From positions 18,476,001 through 18,540,000 of the forward strand of contig NC_086126.1 in the NCBI RefSeq assembly GCF_963921235.1: 64,000 nucleotides of DNA, in the 5' to 3' direction. The first letter of the stretch is position 1. Every line of letters starts with the position of its first letter. Position numbers and translations under genes: made by a program. Under the pieces are notes generated by a model. It saw only the letters and a program-made list of their open reading frames with translations, was not told where the DNA came from and searched no databases. This stretch comes from Mobula hypostoma (lineage: Eukaryota). Below are positions 50,075 to 64,000 of this stretch, piece by piece.

Positions 50075-53000
50075 AACGACGTAAGCTGAACCTATTTACC
50101 CAAAGGCTCTCTCCCCTTGCGGGATGGGGAAATGAACTTTCAGAGTCAGCCCCCGGAGGGTGAATTTAATCTCCGATCATTGAACGATTCCACTCTTCAT
50201 GACCTGAAACCGCGTTGTCTGGGTTTCATATTGCGGGTTGACCCTGGACCGTTCCGGTGCGCAGCAGACAGGAACACGGCCTGCTGAGCAATTCCCACCG
50301 CCTCACAGAACAATAATATTTGCAGCTTTACAATTATCTACAAAAGTACATTTACCCTGTGGAACTGACAGTATTTACTGAAAATCTCGTCCACCTGGGT
50401 CTCTGAAATATAAATCAACATTTGCAAAGAAGGGGTCAGTTTGGTCATATCTCCCGAGACACGGCTCCCTCTGTGAGGCGGTGGGTCGCTCTGAGAACAG
50501 ACTTTTGTTTGTGCCAGGGAGAAAAGGGAGGGGGTGGGTGGATCGACAAGGATGTTCAGTGCTGTCCTGTCTCCAGTAGGAACTTCTAAACACTGATTGA
50601 TAAAACCGGACACAGAATAAATTCTGCTCCACTAACCCTTTTGCAGTGCGGCGGTCCCAGTCAACATGATGGGCCAATCCCCAGGGATGTCTTCGCTAAG
50701 TACCACTGAGATGTTCTCTCTGGTCAAACACATCTCTTCGTCTCTCTTCCCTCCACTCCATCGTACCTGTAGCATTTGTACTGTGAAACTAAGTTGCCGG
50801 TCCCGCCCCTCCAACAATCATTTTTCTGTTGGGGATAACCACACTGCTTCAGTCCACCCAGCTGAAAATGGGTACGGGCAAATGCTGGGGGTCAACCTCG
50901 CGATAGACTGGCGTCCTATGGAGTGGGGTGGGGGTGGGGGGGGGGGGAGTCTCGTATTCTCAGTCGCTTCACGCCACAGAAACCAGCATAAGCATCGGCC
51001 TGATGGGCCACAAGGCTCGGGACAGACTTTAACTTTTAAATATAATATCCCAGTCTCATGCAGGGATCCATCCATGCCCAGAGGCCATCTGCTGTTCAGA
51101 GAACAGTACAGGAGTGGCCCTTTGGCCCTTCTCTACATATTTCTGTGTCTGTCTAAGATTTCCTTAAATACTCCTGTGCTCTCCGCCTCTGCCACCACCC
51201 CTGACAGTGCATTCCATGTCTCCATCAATCTGTTGTCTTCACTTTCTTCCTCTGAGCTTAAATACATCCCTTTTGTGAAAAATATTACTGGCTGTCTACA
51301 CCAACTATGACCCACAAAATCCCTCAGGTTTCTGTCAAATCTCTCCTGAGCCGACGCCACTTCAGAAGAAAAAGTTTCAGCATGTCGAGCCTCTCCTCAG
51401 CGCACACCTCCTCCAGACATCCTGCTCCCAAACTCTCCACATGCTTCCGATAATGAGGTGATCAGAACTGAACACTGTACCCTCAATGTGGCCCAACCAA
51501 CATTTTATAAACCTGTAACATCATGTCCTGGTGCTTGAACTCAATGCCTTGCCTGATGAAGGTAAACATGCCATACACCGACTTTACCTCCCTGTCAACC
51601 TGTGCTCCCAGTTTTAGGGAACCGATGTCTCTGAACCTCAACATCCTTCTCTTTGTCAATACTGTTAATGTTCCTGCCATTAACTGCACACACCCTTGAT
51701 GATGGATCTCCCAAAGTGCAGCCCTAGGTATCCTTTTCACCACAACGAATGTATGGAATGCAATGGGATTATCTTCAATCCTACTTGCCTGAGATTTTTC
51801 ATCACTGTTTCCAGCTCTCCGAACATTCTTGAGTTCCCCTGTTTTTTTAAATATAGTCCTCAAACACCCTGTTTGATTCTAGCTTCCTAAGCCTTACTTA
51901 TGCTTCTTCCTCCTCCTTGATTAAATTAACTTCCTGTCTCATCATCCAAGGTTCCTGAACCTTGCCATCCTTGACCCTCCCTCTTACTGGAACAAACTGG
52001 GCCTGAAACACTGCACTGGTCTTTAAACAAACTCCAGGTCAGATGTGGATTTGCCTCAAAATCCATCATTACATATTGCTGTGCCTGGCATCTAACTCAG
52101 CTTCAATCTCTCCATTCAGTGACTGGTGTTCTGTTCCACATCCCCCTGTCAATCTCATTCAACCCTTACAGGGAGCAGCAATGAACCTCATGATACTGAC
52201 CCCCCTCCAGTGAAGGTGCAAACTATCCATCTTGTACAGGTCACCCCAGCACCAGAAGAGGTTCCAATGTTCCATAATCCTGAAACCCTGTCGCTGTATC
52301 AGCTCCTCAGCCACACATTCATCTGCTCTCACTTTCTGTTTGTATCCCTACCACCACAGGGCACTGGGAGTAAACTGGAGATTACAACATTTCAGGTTCT
52401 GCTCCATAACTTCTTCCCTAACTCTCTATATTCACTGTGGGACATCATCCCTTTTCTACCTGTCCATTTGTACCGATGTAAACCACCATCTCTGGCTGAA
52501 TGAACACCATCCCCCTGTTCTGTATCTGATCCAAGATGTCCCTGACTCTCAGAGGATTTACAAAAACTTTTTAAACCATCAGAAGGCAACAAAAAAAGTC
52601 ATAAAGAGAGGAAAAAGTTGGAATACGAAGGTAAACTAGCCACAGGTATTAAAGAGGATACCAAAAGTTTCTTCAGATATACAAAGTGTAAAAGAGAGGC
52701 AACAGTAGATATTGGGGAAGTTGTTACTGGAGAGGTAGTAATGGGGTACAGGAAAATGGCAGACAAACTGAATAAGTATTGTGCATTGGTCTTCACTGGG
52801 GAAGTCATCAGCAGTCTGCTGGAAATTCGAGAGAATCAGGGGGCAGAAATGAGTAATTTTGCCTTTACTAGGGAGATGGTCCTTGGGAAACTGAAAGGTC
52901 TGAAGGTAGATAATTCACCTGGACCAGATTGTCTACACCAGTGCTATGAAAGATGCGGCTGAAGAGATTGTGGCAGTTTTAATAATAATCATTTCCAGAG

Positions 53001-54247
53001 AACAGGAAAATTGCAAAGGTCATCCACTTTTAAAGAAGAGAGGGAAGCAGAAGAAAGCAAATCATAGGCCAGTTAGTCCGATCTCAGTGGTTGGGAAGAT
53101 GATGGAGTCGATTGTCAAGGATGTATTTTCAGGTACTTGGCAACACATGAAAAAATAGGCCAAAGTCAGCATGGTTTCCTTTAATCAGTCCTCACCAAAG
53201 ACTTGTGTATCTGCAACACGTCTTCTCAACTCTTGTACTCAGTGACACGAATGAGGAAGGCCAGCAGATCAAACACCATCTTCACCACCATATCTAGCTG
53301 AGATGTCACTTTCAGTGAACTATACATTCACATGGACATTATTTATATAAATTACAAGTAACAAAGGTCCCGCCACCCAGTGGCACACCACTAGACAGAG
53401 ACCTCCAGTCTGTGGCACAACCCTCAACCATCAGGCTCTGCCTCCTGTCACGGAGGCAATTATGAAATCAATCAACTGTCTCCCCAGATCCTGTTTTCGA
53501 GATCTAACCTTCCGGACTATAGTCAAAGGCCTGGCTAATGTCCATATAGACAACATCCACAGCCCTAACCTCATCTACGCCCTTGTGAAACCCCTCAAAG
53601 GGCTGCAAGAAATTACCAGACATAATTTCCCTTGCACAAAACTGTGCTGACTGTCCTGATTCAAATGAAATGTTGGTGGATCCTGTTCTTCAGAAACTCC
53701 AACAAATTACAGAGTGATAGGCCTGTAGTTTCCACAACCCTTTTTAAACAATGGCACCGCATCAGTCCTGAAGTCATAGGAGCAGGATTAGGCTTTTTGG
53801 CCCATTCAGTCTGTTCTGTTCATCATATATCCCTCTCAACCCCATTCTCCTGCCTTCTACCCATGAACTTTGATACCCTTAATAATAATTAAAAATCTAC
53901 TAAGCTCTGCTTTAAATAAACCTACTGACTGTCTTTATGGTTGCCTATGCAAATGACATCCATTGATTCATCACATTCTGACTGAAGAAATTACTCATCT
54001 CTATTCTACTTCATTTTATTGAGGGAGTGGTTTGGTTCTAGATTCCTCCATTATTGGAAACATCCTCTCACATCAACACTATCTAGGCCGTTCAATATTC
54101 AATGTGTTTCTATAAGATTCTCCCTCATTCTTCTAGACTCCAGTGACTACAGGCCCAGATCATCAAATGATTATTATATCCTAACTCTTTCAGTCCTGGG
54201 ATCATTCACTTGAATTTCCACTCCAGCCTCTGCAATGCCAGCACATC

Positions 54248-55763
54248 CATAGAACCACAGAAACTACAGCACAGAAATAGGCTCTTTGGCCCTTCTTGGC
54301 TGTGCCGAACCATTTTCTGCCTAGTCCCACTGACCTGCACACGGACCATATCCCTCCATACACCATGTATCTGTCCAATTTATTCTTAAATGTTAAAAAA
54401 GAACCCGCATTTACCACCTCGTCTGGCAGCTCATTCCATACTCCCACCACTCTCTGTGTGAAGAAGCCCCTCCTTAATGTTCCCTTTAAACTTTTCCCTC
54501 CTCACCCTTAACCCATGTCCTCTGGTTTTTTTCTCCCCTTGCCTCAGTGGAAAAAGCCTGCTTGCATTCATTCTATCTATACCCATCATAATTTTATATA
54601 CCTCTATCAAATCTCCCCTCATTCTTCTACGCTCCAGGGAATAAAGTCCTAATCTATTCAACCTTTCTCTGTAACTGAGTTTCTCAAGTCCCGGCAACAT
54701 CCTTGTAAACCTTCTCTGCACTCTTTCAACCTTATTTATATCCTTCCTGTAATTTGGTGACCAAAACTAAACACAATACTCCAGATTCAGCCTCACCAAT
54801 GCCTTATACAACCTCATCATAACATTCCAGCTCTTATACTCAATACTTCGATTAATAAAGGCTAATGTACCAAAAGCTCTCTTTATGACCTTATCTACCT
54901 GTGATGACACTTTGAGGGAATTTTGTATCTGTATTCCCAGATCCCTCTGTTCCACTGCACTCCTCAGTGCCTTACCATTAACCCTGTATGTTCTACGTTG
55001 GTTTGTCCTTCCAACGTGCAATACCTCACACTTGTCAGTATTAAACTCCATCTGCCATTTTTCAGCCCATTTTTCCCGATGGTCCAAGTCCCTCTGCAGG
55101 CTCTGAAAACCTTCCTCACTGTCTACTACACCTCCAATCTTTGTATCATCAGCAAACTTGCTGATCCAATTTACCACATTATCATCCAGATCATTGATAT
55201 AGATGACAAATAACAATGGACCCAGCACGGATCCCTGTGGCACACCACTAGTCACAGGCCTCCACTCAGAGAAGCAATTCTCTACTACCACTCTCTGGCT
55301 TCTTCCATCGAGCCAATGTCTAATCCAATTTACCACCTCTCCATGTATACCCAGCGACTGAATTTTCCTAACTAACTTCCCATGCGGGACCTTGTCAAAG
55401 GCCTTACTGAAGTCCATGTAGACAATATCCACTGCCTTCCCTTCATCCACTTTCCTGGTAACCTCATCGAAAAACTCCAGTAGATTGGTCAAACATGACC
55501 TACCACGCATAAAGCCATGTTGACTCTCCCTAATAAGCCCCTGTCTATCCAAATGTTTGTAGATTCTGTCTCTTAGTACTCCCTCCAATAACTTACCTAC
55601 TACTGACGTTAAACTCACCGGCCTATAATTTCCCGGATTACTTTTCAATCCTTTTTTAAACAACGGAACAACATGAGCCACTCTCCAATCCTCCGGCACT
55701 TCACCCGTAGACAGTGACATTGTAAATATTTCTGCCAGGGCTTCCGCAATTTCAACACTAGTC
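54248..55763 (-). mobile_element. CR1 LINE 3' fragment (duplicate of 27781-29296)
   Basis: 317-aa RT piece differing from copy A at one residue. Confidence 0.9.
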
Positions 55764-58700
55764 CTTTCTTAGAAAAGTTACCCAAACCTGCTCATGATAC
55801 TCCAAATAAGGTCTGACCAAAGCCTCAGCATTAGATCCTTGTTTATATTTTCTAGTTCTCTTGAAATGCATGCAAATATTACATTTGCCTTCCTCACTGC
55901 CAAGGCAATGTGTACATTAACCTTTAGGGAATCGTGCACTAAGACCCTTTGCACAACTGATTTCTGTTCTCTCCCTGATTAGAAAGAGCCTAGGCTGTTT
56001 TCCTCCTACCAGAGTACATGACCACACACGTCCTTACACTGTATTTCATCTGGCACTTCCTTGTCCATTCTCCAAATCTGTCCAAGTGCTACTGCAGACT
56101 CCCTGCTTCCTCAACACTGCCTGCCTCTTCATATCATCCACAGTCTTGGCCTTAAAACTATCAGTTCCACATTAGTCACCCTGTCCAATCATGTGCAACC
56201 TCAACTGGTGCCTGAGATGGAGCAAAATAATCTCTCCCCTGGCCTCCACAGTGTATTCTCCAGCTTCCCACAAAGTACGAGAATGTACCTGATAAGGCCC
56301 TGGAGATTTAATAACATTAAAGAATTTTTGCAATGGTGAAATAACTGTCAGAAATATTCATGGAAAGCCTCTCCTATTTCATTTGCCTCCACACACAGTT
56401 GGCCATGTTCACCTCCAAGGGGAACGATTCTGTGTCTAACTTACCTTTTCCTATGAATATACCAAGAGAATCTCTTGGATTTTGCTCACTTTGCCTTCTG
56501 AATCATGATATCCTCCTTTTATCCTCCTAACTTTTATTAGAGATCCTATCTCTAATAATATTCTCAAATAATTTCCCGAGCATTGATCCAAGTCTCACCA
56601 ATCTATAATGTCCTGTTTATCTCTATTGCCTGAGGAACAACATGCCCTGGAATATCAGCATTCCCTTCTCTGATCTCACTATCCTCCACGACCACATTGA
56701 AGATTACTGATGAGAAGAACTGGTTTAGTCCCTCGCACACTTCAGACATAAACCCTCTCCTCTGTGCTTGTGTTGTCGTACCCTCTCCGCAGTGCCCCTT
56801 CTCACTAAAGTTATTTCTTCTTCCCGTTTCACACTTCTGATTCTCTCTAACTTCTCTCTTGCTTGCTTCATGTTGCCAGAGGCCTTCTGCAATTTCTACT
56901 TCTGAAGTATTCCTTATCCTTCATTTTATTTCAGTCTGAATTCATAACATCTCTCACTATGCCCCTCTGCCAGACTTTACCATCCTTGTCTTTCCTCCTC
57001 ATAGAAACAGTTCTGTCTGAATTCTGACCCGATTGCTTTTAAACATCATTTACATGTTCAATGTAGACAGTTGCAATTAACCGTACCCCAAATGACCACA
57101 TTATCACCAGGTCCAGTCTTGTCCTTATTTACTGTTCCCAAAATGAAACTTCTGTCAATGGCCAGGCTCATTTCCCAAAACGATGTTTTCTCTGACCCCC
57201 TTACCAGGCTAGACTATACACTTCTATGTTAAGTAACATCCCAGTATTCTTCTAACATATTCAGTGATATCTGAGCCCCTGACTCTGAGGGAGTCCCAGT
57301 CAACATTGGGGAAATTAGTCACCCACTGCAACTACCCTGTTGCTTTTACATCTTTCATTACCTGCTACATTTCTGTTCCTTTATCTCCTGCTGGCATTTG
57401 GGAGGCCTGTGATATAACCCCATCAGGGAATGCACCTCTCTTATCCCGAGCTCTATCCACATTGTCTCACTGGATGAAACCTCCAGTGTGTCCTCTCTTA
57501 GTCCCTAACCCACAATTCCATATAAAGGCTGATCTGCCATCAGCCTTCCTTGTATGTCAATCCCACTTCCCTGATTTTACAAAACATTTATCTTCCTTCT
57601 CTTTGAATCTTTTCAGTTATCCAGCCTCCCCATTCATCTCAGTTAGGGAATTCCAGTGTTTGTTATACAGTATTTTTTATCATTTGTGGCCTTGTAGAAC
57701 AGTGCAGGCGTGTACTTTGGTTTCCTGCAGTCCACAGTTTTGAGTGCCACAGTCCCACACAGTCATCAGATTATGTAAAGGGAGAGGGAGTTTGAATGAA
57801 GAGAACATGAGCAGTTGGCACATTTTGCATGTCACAGTTCCCAAGGAAACATTTGATTGCCCGTAATTCGGAACGTGGCAAGATCCAATAAAAAGAAGTT
57901 AGATTTAACCAGAGCGGTCATTGTATGAGTGGGCCAGGATTGGAGTGGGGAGTTGAGGTTTTGTCTCTTCTGAGCGATGTAGGCCGTAGGTAGATATATT
58001 TTGATTTAATCTTTATTTCTTTTGTATTACACATTTAGAGCAGAGGGGATGCCAGACCAGATACTTGTCTTGGTGCAAGGAGACAGAGGGTGGTCATGGC
58101 AGCTTGCTATTCAGGTTGGAGGCCTCTGACCAGTGACAGTCACAGGGATCGGTGCTGGTACTGTCATTTGTCATCTACGTTAACAATTTCTCTGACATTG
58201 TAGTGACAGTGAGTTTGCAGATGACAGCAATGTTGGTGGTCGTGTGGACTGTGAAGATTGTGTGGGAGTACAATGGGATCAAGAGTTACTGGGGAATTCA
58301 GGATCTGCACAGTAAATTCTTGTCCCTTGGAGAGTATTACAGAACAGAGAAACCATGAAATACAGAAACATCATTCACTGAAAGTGACAACACAGGTAGT
58401 CAGAATGGTGAAGGTGGTGTTTGGCCTATTTGTCTTCATTGATCAGGGAACTGAGTAGAGGATTTGGGGTGCCATATGACAACTATAAAAGTCAAAGTGA
58501 GACCAGACTGTATTTTGCACAGTTCCAGTCATCCATTTGCAGGAAGGATGTCATGAAGCTGGAAAGTGTGGAGGGAAGTTTGATGAGGATGTTACAGACA
58601 CTGGAGGACTTTAATTACCAGCAGAAGCTTGCACAGACTGGGACTCTCTTTCTCTCTCCTGAGAGAGTAAGGAGCTGTCTGGTGACCATCCAGAGGTTTA

Positions 58701-60261
58701 CAAAATCAGTAGGTGAGCACTCTTTTTGTAGGGTAGGGAAGTCTAAATTTACAGGGTAATTGTTTAAGGTGAAGGGGAAACATTTAAAAGCTACCTTATG
58801 GGTGGGGGATGTTGCATCTTTGATTAAGGAGACCAGCACTGCAGGAATAAGAGGGGCTTTGATGAGGTCTTGTAAGTAGAGGTTTAAAATAAAATGATGA
58901 ATGATGATTTTGATGGGATTATACAGCCGGCCTCCCAATAGGCTCAGATATTGTGCAGCAGACATATTGGTAAATCAAACAGAGGGGTAATGGGAACAAG
59001 TTTACAGCAGTTGGGCATTTCAATTTCCTCAGATTACCTTTGTATGAAAAGTTTCAGTCTCCAGGAGAAATTTGGCAGACACAGGATCGGTTCATCCCTC
59101 AGCAGAAACAGTATTTAAAAGGGAGGATGAGGCAACCATCACTAACAACAGAAGACAAAGGCAGCATAAAACAACATGAGAGGGCAAAGAATATCATCAA
59201 ATTTAATGGGAAACTAAAGGATTATGAAACTTTAAAAATAGAGCACAACTATAATAACAATATGCAGAAGTCAGATGAATTATGAAAGTAACTGGCCCAT
59301 AATAGAAACAAGATACAAAAAGATTTATTTTCAGATATATGAAGAGTAAAAGAGGCAAGAATGGACAAGGTTTTCGGTTTCCTATTCTCATCTTCGGACT
59401 CACACCCCTCCTGATTCTCTTTTTACACGATTTAGTTTATTCTATATTTCTTATTTTAACCATTTTTTTTTAGAAATTGCTCTGTCCTGCTGTAGCAAAA
59501 CAACGAAGTTAATGACATATGTCCGTGATAATGAACATGATTTTGATTTTGATACTAATCACCTTCACTGATCAATGTCAGTGCACAAAAGGTTTATTAA
59601 TTAGTTGGAATAACTTCCCTCAACTTTACTTGGTAGGTTGTCGCAGATTACAGGGTGATTGTGATCACTTAGGGAAGGGGGTCAAGTGTGGCAAATGCAT
59701 TTCAATACAGATAAGTGTGAGGCGGTGCATATTGGAAAGTCAAACCAGTGTAGAACTTACACAATGAATGATCGGTCATTGGGGAGTGGAATGGGCCGGA
59801 GAGATTGAGGGGTAAAATGCACACACAGTTCATTGAAAGTTGTGTCACTTGTAGACAGGGTCGTGAAGAACGGGGTTTAACATGCTGGCCTTCATTAGTC
59901 AGGGGATAGAGTATATCAGTTGTGACATTATTTTACAGTTGTGTAAATGACTGGAGGCCACACTTGCCGATTTGTGTACAGCTCTTGTTACCGTTATAGG
60001 AAACGTGGTTAAACTGGGGAGAGTGTAGAAAAGATTTCCAAGGTATATTTCCCGGACCTGAGGTTCTCAGTCACACAGTCAGTTTGACCAGACAATGTCC
60101 ATTGTCCTCTATTCCTTGGAATCAGAATCAGATTTATCACCGTGTTATATGACGAGAAACCTGTCGTTTTATTCTGACAGCAGTACAGGCCTCTGAAGGT
60201 GCAGATGTGAACATTGTGTCAGCATAACGCCAAGAGATTCTGGGAATCGCGAACAACGCGG

Positions 60262-60381
60262 ACAAAATGCTGGATGAACCCAGCAAGTCAGGGAGCATCT
60301 CCCACCAGACTCCTGATGAAGGGGCTCGGCCCGAAATGTCGACTGTTTATTCCCACCAGTGATGCTGCCTGACTTGCTGAT
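60262..60381 (+). ncRNA. Duplicate miniature Penelope hairpin with hammerhead motif (weakened stems)
   Basis: CTGATGA 60313-60319, GAAA 60333-60336, GTC; mismatches in stems I and II relative to copy A. Confidence 0.6.
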
Positions 60382-60928
60382 TCAGAGACAGTGTTTTAAA
60401 GCGGCGGGCGGATTAGACAAGTATCACTGTGTTTGTGGGTCCGAACACATCGCCGGATTTCCCAGCGCCTCCTGTACAAAAAGAAAAGATTTCTCTGTTA
60501 CGGGATGGCCCCACTCCCCAGCTCAGTCCCGAAGCGGGAATTAACCGCAAAGTTTTAGTTAGTCTCAAAATTTCAGCCGAAAAGCAGAGAACAGGTCAAC
60601 AATATGGAGAGAGATCGCGGGCAGCGCAGTAATGAAACGGGTTAAAATAGAAAGTGCTGCCTTTAATCCCGATTGAACTCTCTTTCCAGCGAACTTTCCG
60701 GCCTCAGTGACGGACAGGGACCAGTCCGAGTCCCCGGAGTGTCCGATTTTAATTGGAATCGGAGAGTTTTTGAGGAGAGAGAAACACAGAAAAATGAAAT
60801 CTCCGGGAGCTGACAGCAGGATGTCTCCGCCCCGTCCGCTCGCTGCCTTTAAAATGCTCTGTATCGCCGCCTTTCGCTTCATTTCTCATTCAGTCTGATT
60901 GTGGGAAGCATTTTCCAGAGTCGCCGAC

Positions 60929-61534
60929 ATGACCGAGACAGCACCCGCCGAAACGGCTCCTGCAGCCGCACCCGCCGCCGCAAAGAAGAGTCCCAAGAAG
61001 AAGGCGGCCGGCCGGAGCAAACCAGCCGGTCCCAAGCTGGGCGAACAAATCGATAAGATTGTGGCGGATTGTCGCGATAGGAAGGGGATGTCCGCTGTGG
61101 CCATCATGAAGGCTCTGACCAGCAGCGGTGTCGATGTGGGGAAACGTCGCGCCCAGATCAGGATGTGCATCAGGAAGAGAGTGGAAAGCGGCTCCTTGGT
61201 TCAGACCAAGGGCGCGGGTCTTTCGAGATTCTTTAAATCCGGTCAAGTAAAAAGTGCCGTGAAAGTGGTAAAGAAAGCGAACAAGCCATCGGCAAAGAAA
61301 TCTCCGGGCAAGAAGTCTGGCGCCAAGAAACCAGTGGCTCAGAAAGCGGCAGCGAAGAAACCAGCGACTAAAAAGGCGGCAGCTAAGAAACCAGCGACTA
61401 AAAAGGCGGCAGCTAAGAAACCAGCGACTAAAAAAGCAGCAGCGAAGAAACCAGCGGCGCCGAAGCCAAAGAGCCCCAAGAAACTCGCAGCCCTGAAGAA
61501 GAAGGCGGCCAAGAAGACAGCAGTCAAAAAGTGA
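60929..61534 (+). CDS. H1: Histone H1 copy B (201 aa)
   Basis: Complete ORF with a KKPATKKAAA-type repeat tail; stem-loop at 61571-61586. Confidence 0.93.
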   Translation: MTETAPAETAPAAAPAAAKKSPKKKAAGRSKPAGPKLGEQIDKIVADCRDRKGMSAVAIMKALTSSGVDVGKRRAQIRMCIRKRVESGSLVQTKGAGLSRFFKSGQVKSAVKVVKKANKPSAKKSPGKKSGAKKPVAQKAAAKKPATKKAAAKKPATKKAAAKKPATKKAAAKKPAAPKPKSPKKLAALKKKAAKKTAVKK

Positions 61535-61570
61535 ATTGAGATATACCGTTTGTAAGTGTTTGAACCCAAA

Positions 61571-61609
61571 GGCTCTTCTCAGAGCCACCCACATCTCAGA
61601 AAAGAGCTG
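61571..61609 (+). terminator. Histone 3' stem-loop plus HDE (H1-B)
   Basis: GGCTCTTCTCAGAGCC, ACCCA, AAAAGAGCTG. Confidence 0.94.
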
Positions 61610-62422
61610 ATGATCAATATTGAGATTCCCGCTGCGGATCCGAATGAGTTTTGCGGGGGAACTTCTTGCATAAAATCCGATATTCCCGGTACCTCTCTGA
61701 CATTCAGTGCGGCCGTGACGTCCCAGATTTGAAGTGAAACACAGCGTTTCACTCAGGCTGTGTGAGAGAGTGAGACCAGTGGGGTGGTCTGCAGGCCCAG
61801 TTCCTTCTCCCGCTCCAGGAGAGCGTGACTGAGATTCAACCGAGATTCCGCGCCTCGCATCCCAAAGTCCGATTCAGGTGAGTTGATTGGGAACTGCTGA
61901 AACCTATGTGAGAGGGGAGGGGGCGTCTTGAGAGAGGGATCTGTCTCTGGGGGTGGACTGCAGGGGGAAGATAAATGACTACCCGGTGACATTGCAGGTT
62001 GACCTTCAATCAGTTACCAGCTACAAAAGTTTATTTACACAACATTTACAAGAGTAAAATCAATTTTTAAAATTATAATTACAACCTGGGGGAGTCACCA
62101 CTCCAGGAAATGCCCCTCTGTACCCATCGCGACCGCATGCTCCCACTCCAAGGATAGCCGGACATGTCCGAAGCAAACAAAACGGAACAACCGCAGCAGC
62201 TGTTCAGGGCAGGTTTGTGGGAGAAGTGAAGGGCCAGGTGAGACCCTGACGAGGAGGGAGCGCGTTCATCTCCTGTCTCTCGCTGAATTAACCTGTCTGC
62301 ACAGAACAGCTGATGATCGCGGTCAGTCAGTGTAAAACCGAACAACCCCATCTGGAGGGCAGATCGCCACTACAATAATACAATGATCAGCAAGCGACAA
62401 CCCTTCCCTTTGCTGTGGTAGT

Positions 62423-62438
62423 GGCTCTTAAAAGAGCC
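62423..62438 (-). terminator. Histone 3' stem-loop (H3-B)
   Basis: Minus strand reads GGCTCTTTTAAGAGCC. Confidence 0.95.
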
Positions 62439-62467
62439 TTTTCTTGTGTTTGTTGTGGAGGCCGGGT

Positions 62468-62884
<417 letters not shown>

Positions 62885-63497
62885 TCAGAACTGAGAACAC
62901 AGGCTGAAACACAGGAACAAGATAGACGGAACGTCCTCCGGGACAGGATTTTATACTGTTGGAAAGGGTCTTCCCGTCAGCTCTGATTGGCTGAACCAGG
63001 TGTCTATTAAGGTTCCTTTCTGCGATTGGTTGATTCATTTCCTGCAGGCTGGGGGCGAATAACAATTTACGACAAAATAGGAAACTGACCGGCGGTCGGA
63101 TTTCATTCATCCAGTGTGATTGGCGCAGAATTATTTAAAATCGCCCGCCAATTTCAGAGCACCCAGCAACGGTGCTTGATTACATTTTATTTACAATTAA
63201 TTGTATGACGGATTATACAATTTCAGTTTCATTTAATATCTAATTTCCTCAGTTAAGATTTAAATGCACAACCACGGAATCGTTCTCTGAACGAGTGAAC
63301 TGATTTCTGTTGGAAACTGATAGAGGATTAAGATCGATCGTAATGCAGATTTTGTGGTAATCACCGACTGGAAAGGCAGAATTGAAGTATGTTTCGAGCG
63401 GCACCAATCAATCTGTTTAAAATGCAACTCAGCTGAGTATAAAATTTAAAAATACCTAAAAGTCTGTGGATACGGCTCCGTCTGTGAGGCGGTGGGT

Positions 63498-63513
63498 GGC
63501 TCTCAGAAGAGCC
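63498..63513 (-). terminator. Histone 3' stem-loop (H4)
   Basis: Minus strand reads GGCTCTTCTGAGAGCC followed by ACCCA. Confidence 0.92.
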
Positions 63514-63546
63514 TTTGTTTTGCGCTCGGGAGGAGGTGGGAGTTTT

Positions 63547-63858
<312 letters not shown>

Positions 63859-64000
63859 GATGCTGCTTCACTCAGGTCGCTGCTCACTGACAAACTGCCT
63901 GCTGCTGTCTCCTTTTATACACAGCGCCCCGACCTGCCCGAGAAACGCGCAGAGGGACAGAGGCGGGAAGGGGAGGAGACAGAGTCAGAGTGACGGACAG

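Noticed and set aside
62998-63015. 12-bp indel between CCAAT boxes of the H3-B promoter
   Set aside because: A real difference from copy A, but sequence alone gives no basis to claim a functional effect.

Overview
This is eukaryotic, repeat-rich DNA, probably from a cartilaginous fish (inferred from the divergent H1 and the CR1/Penelope/Rex1 repertoire). It holds a replication-dependent histone cluster that is decaying. A unit of H2B(+), H2A(+), H1(+), H3(-) is present twice as a diverged tandem segmental duplication (about 15147-36683 and 45968-63227). The second copy is followed by H4(-), which carries a nonsense codon. An older third remnant at 4546-10600 consists of an H2B 3' half, a displaced stem-loop and an orphan H2A-type promoter. 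Intact genes with 3' stem-loops are H2B-A, H2A-A, H3-A, H3-B and H1-B. Damaged genes are H1-A, H2B-B, H4, and H2A-B (intact CDS, 3' processing signal deleted). The rest is mostly non-LTR retrotransposons (Rex1/Babar, I/Nimb with RNase H, many CR1 including one intact young ORF2, Penelope-like fragments). There is also a Tc1-like DNA transposon, a C2H2 zinc-finger relic and two minisatellites. The most notable signals are minimal hammerhead-ribozyme motifs in tiny Penelope-derived hairpin inserts upstream of H1, an I/Nimb LINE whose two junctions bracket a histone 3' stem-loop, and complementary decay and patchy homogenisation of the duplicated unit. I found no convincing wholly new protein system, and all comparisons were made by eye.
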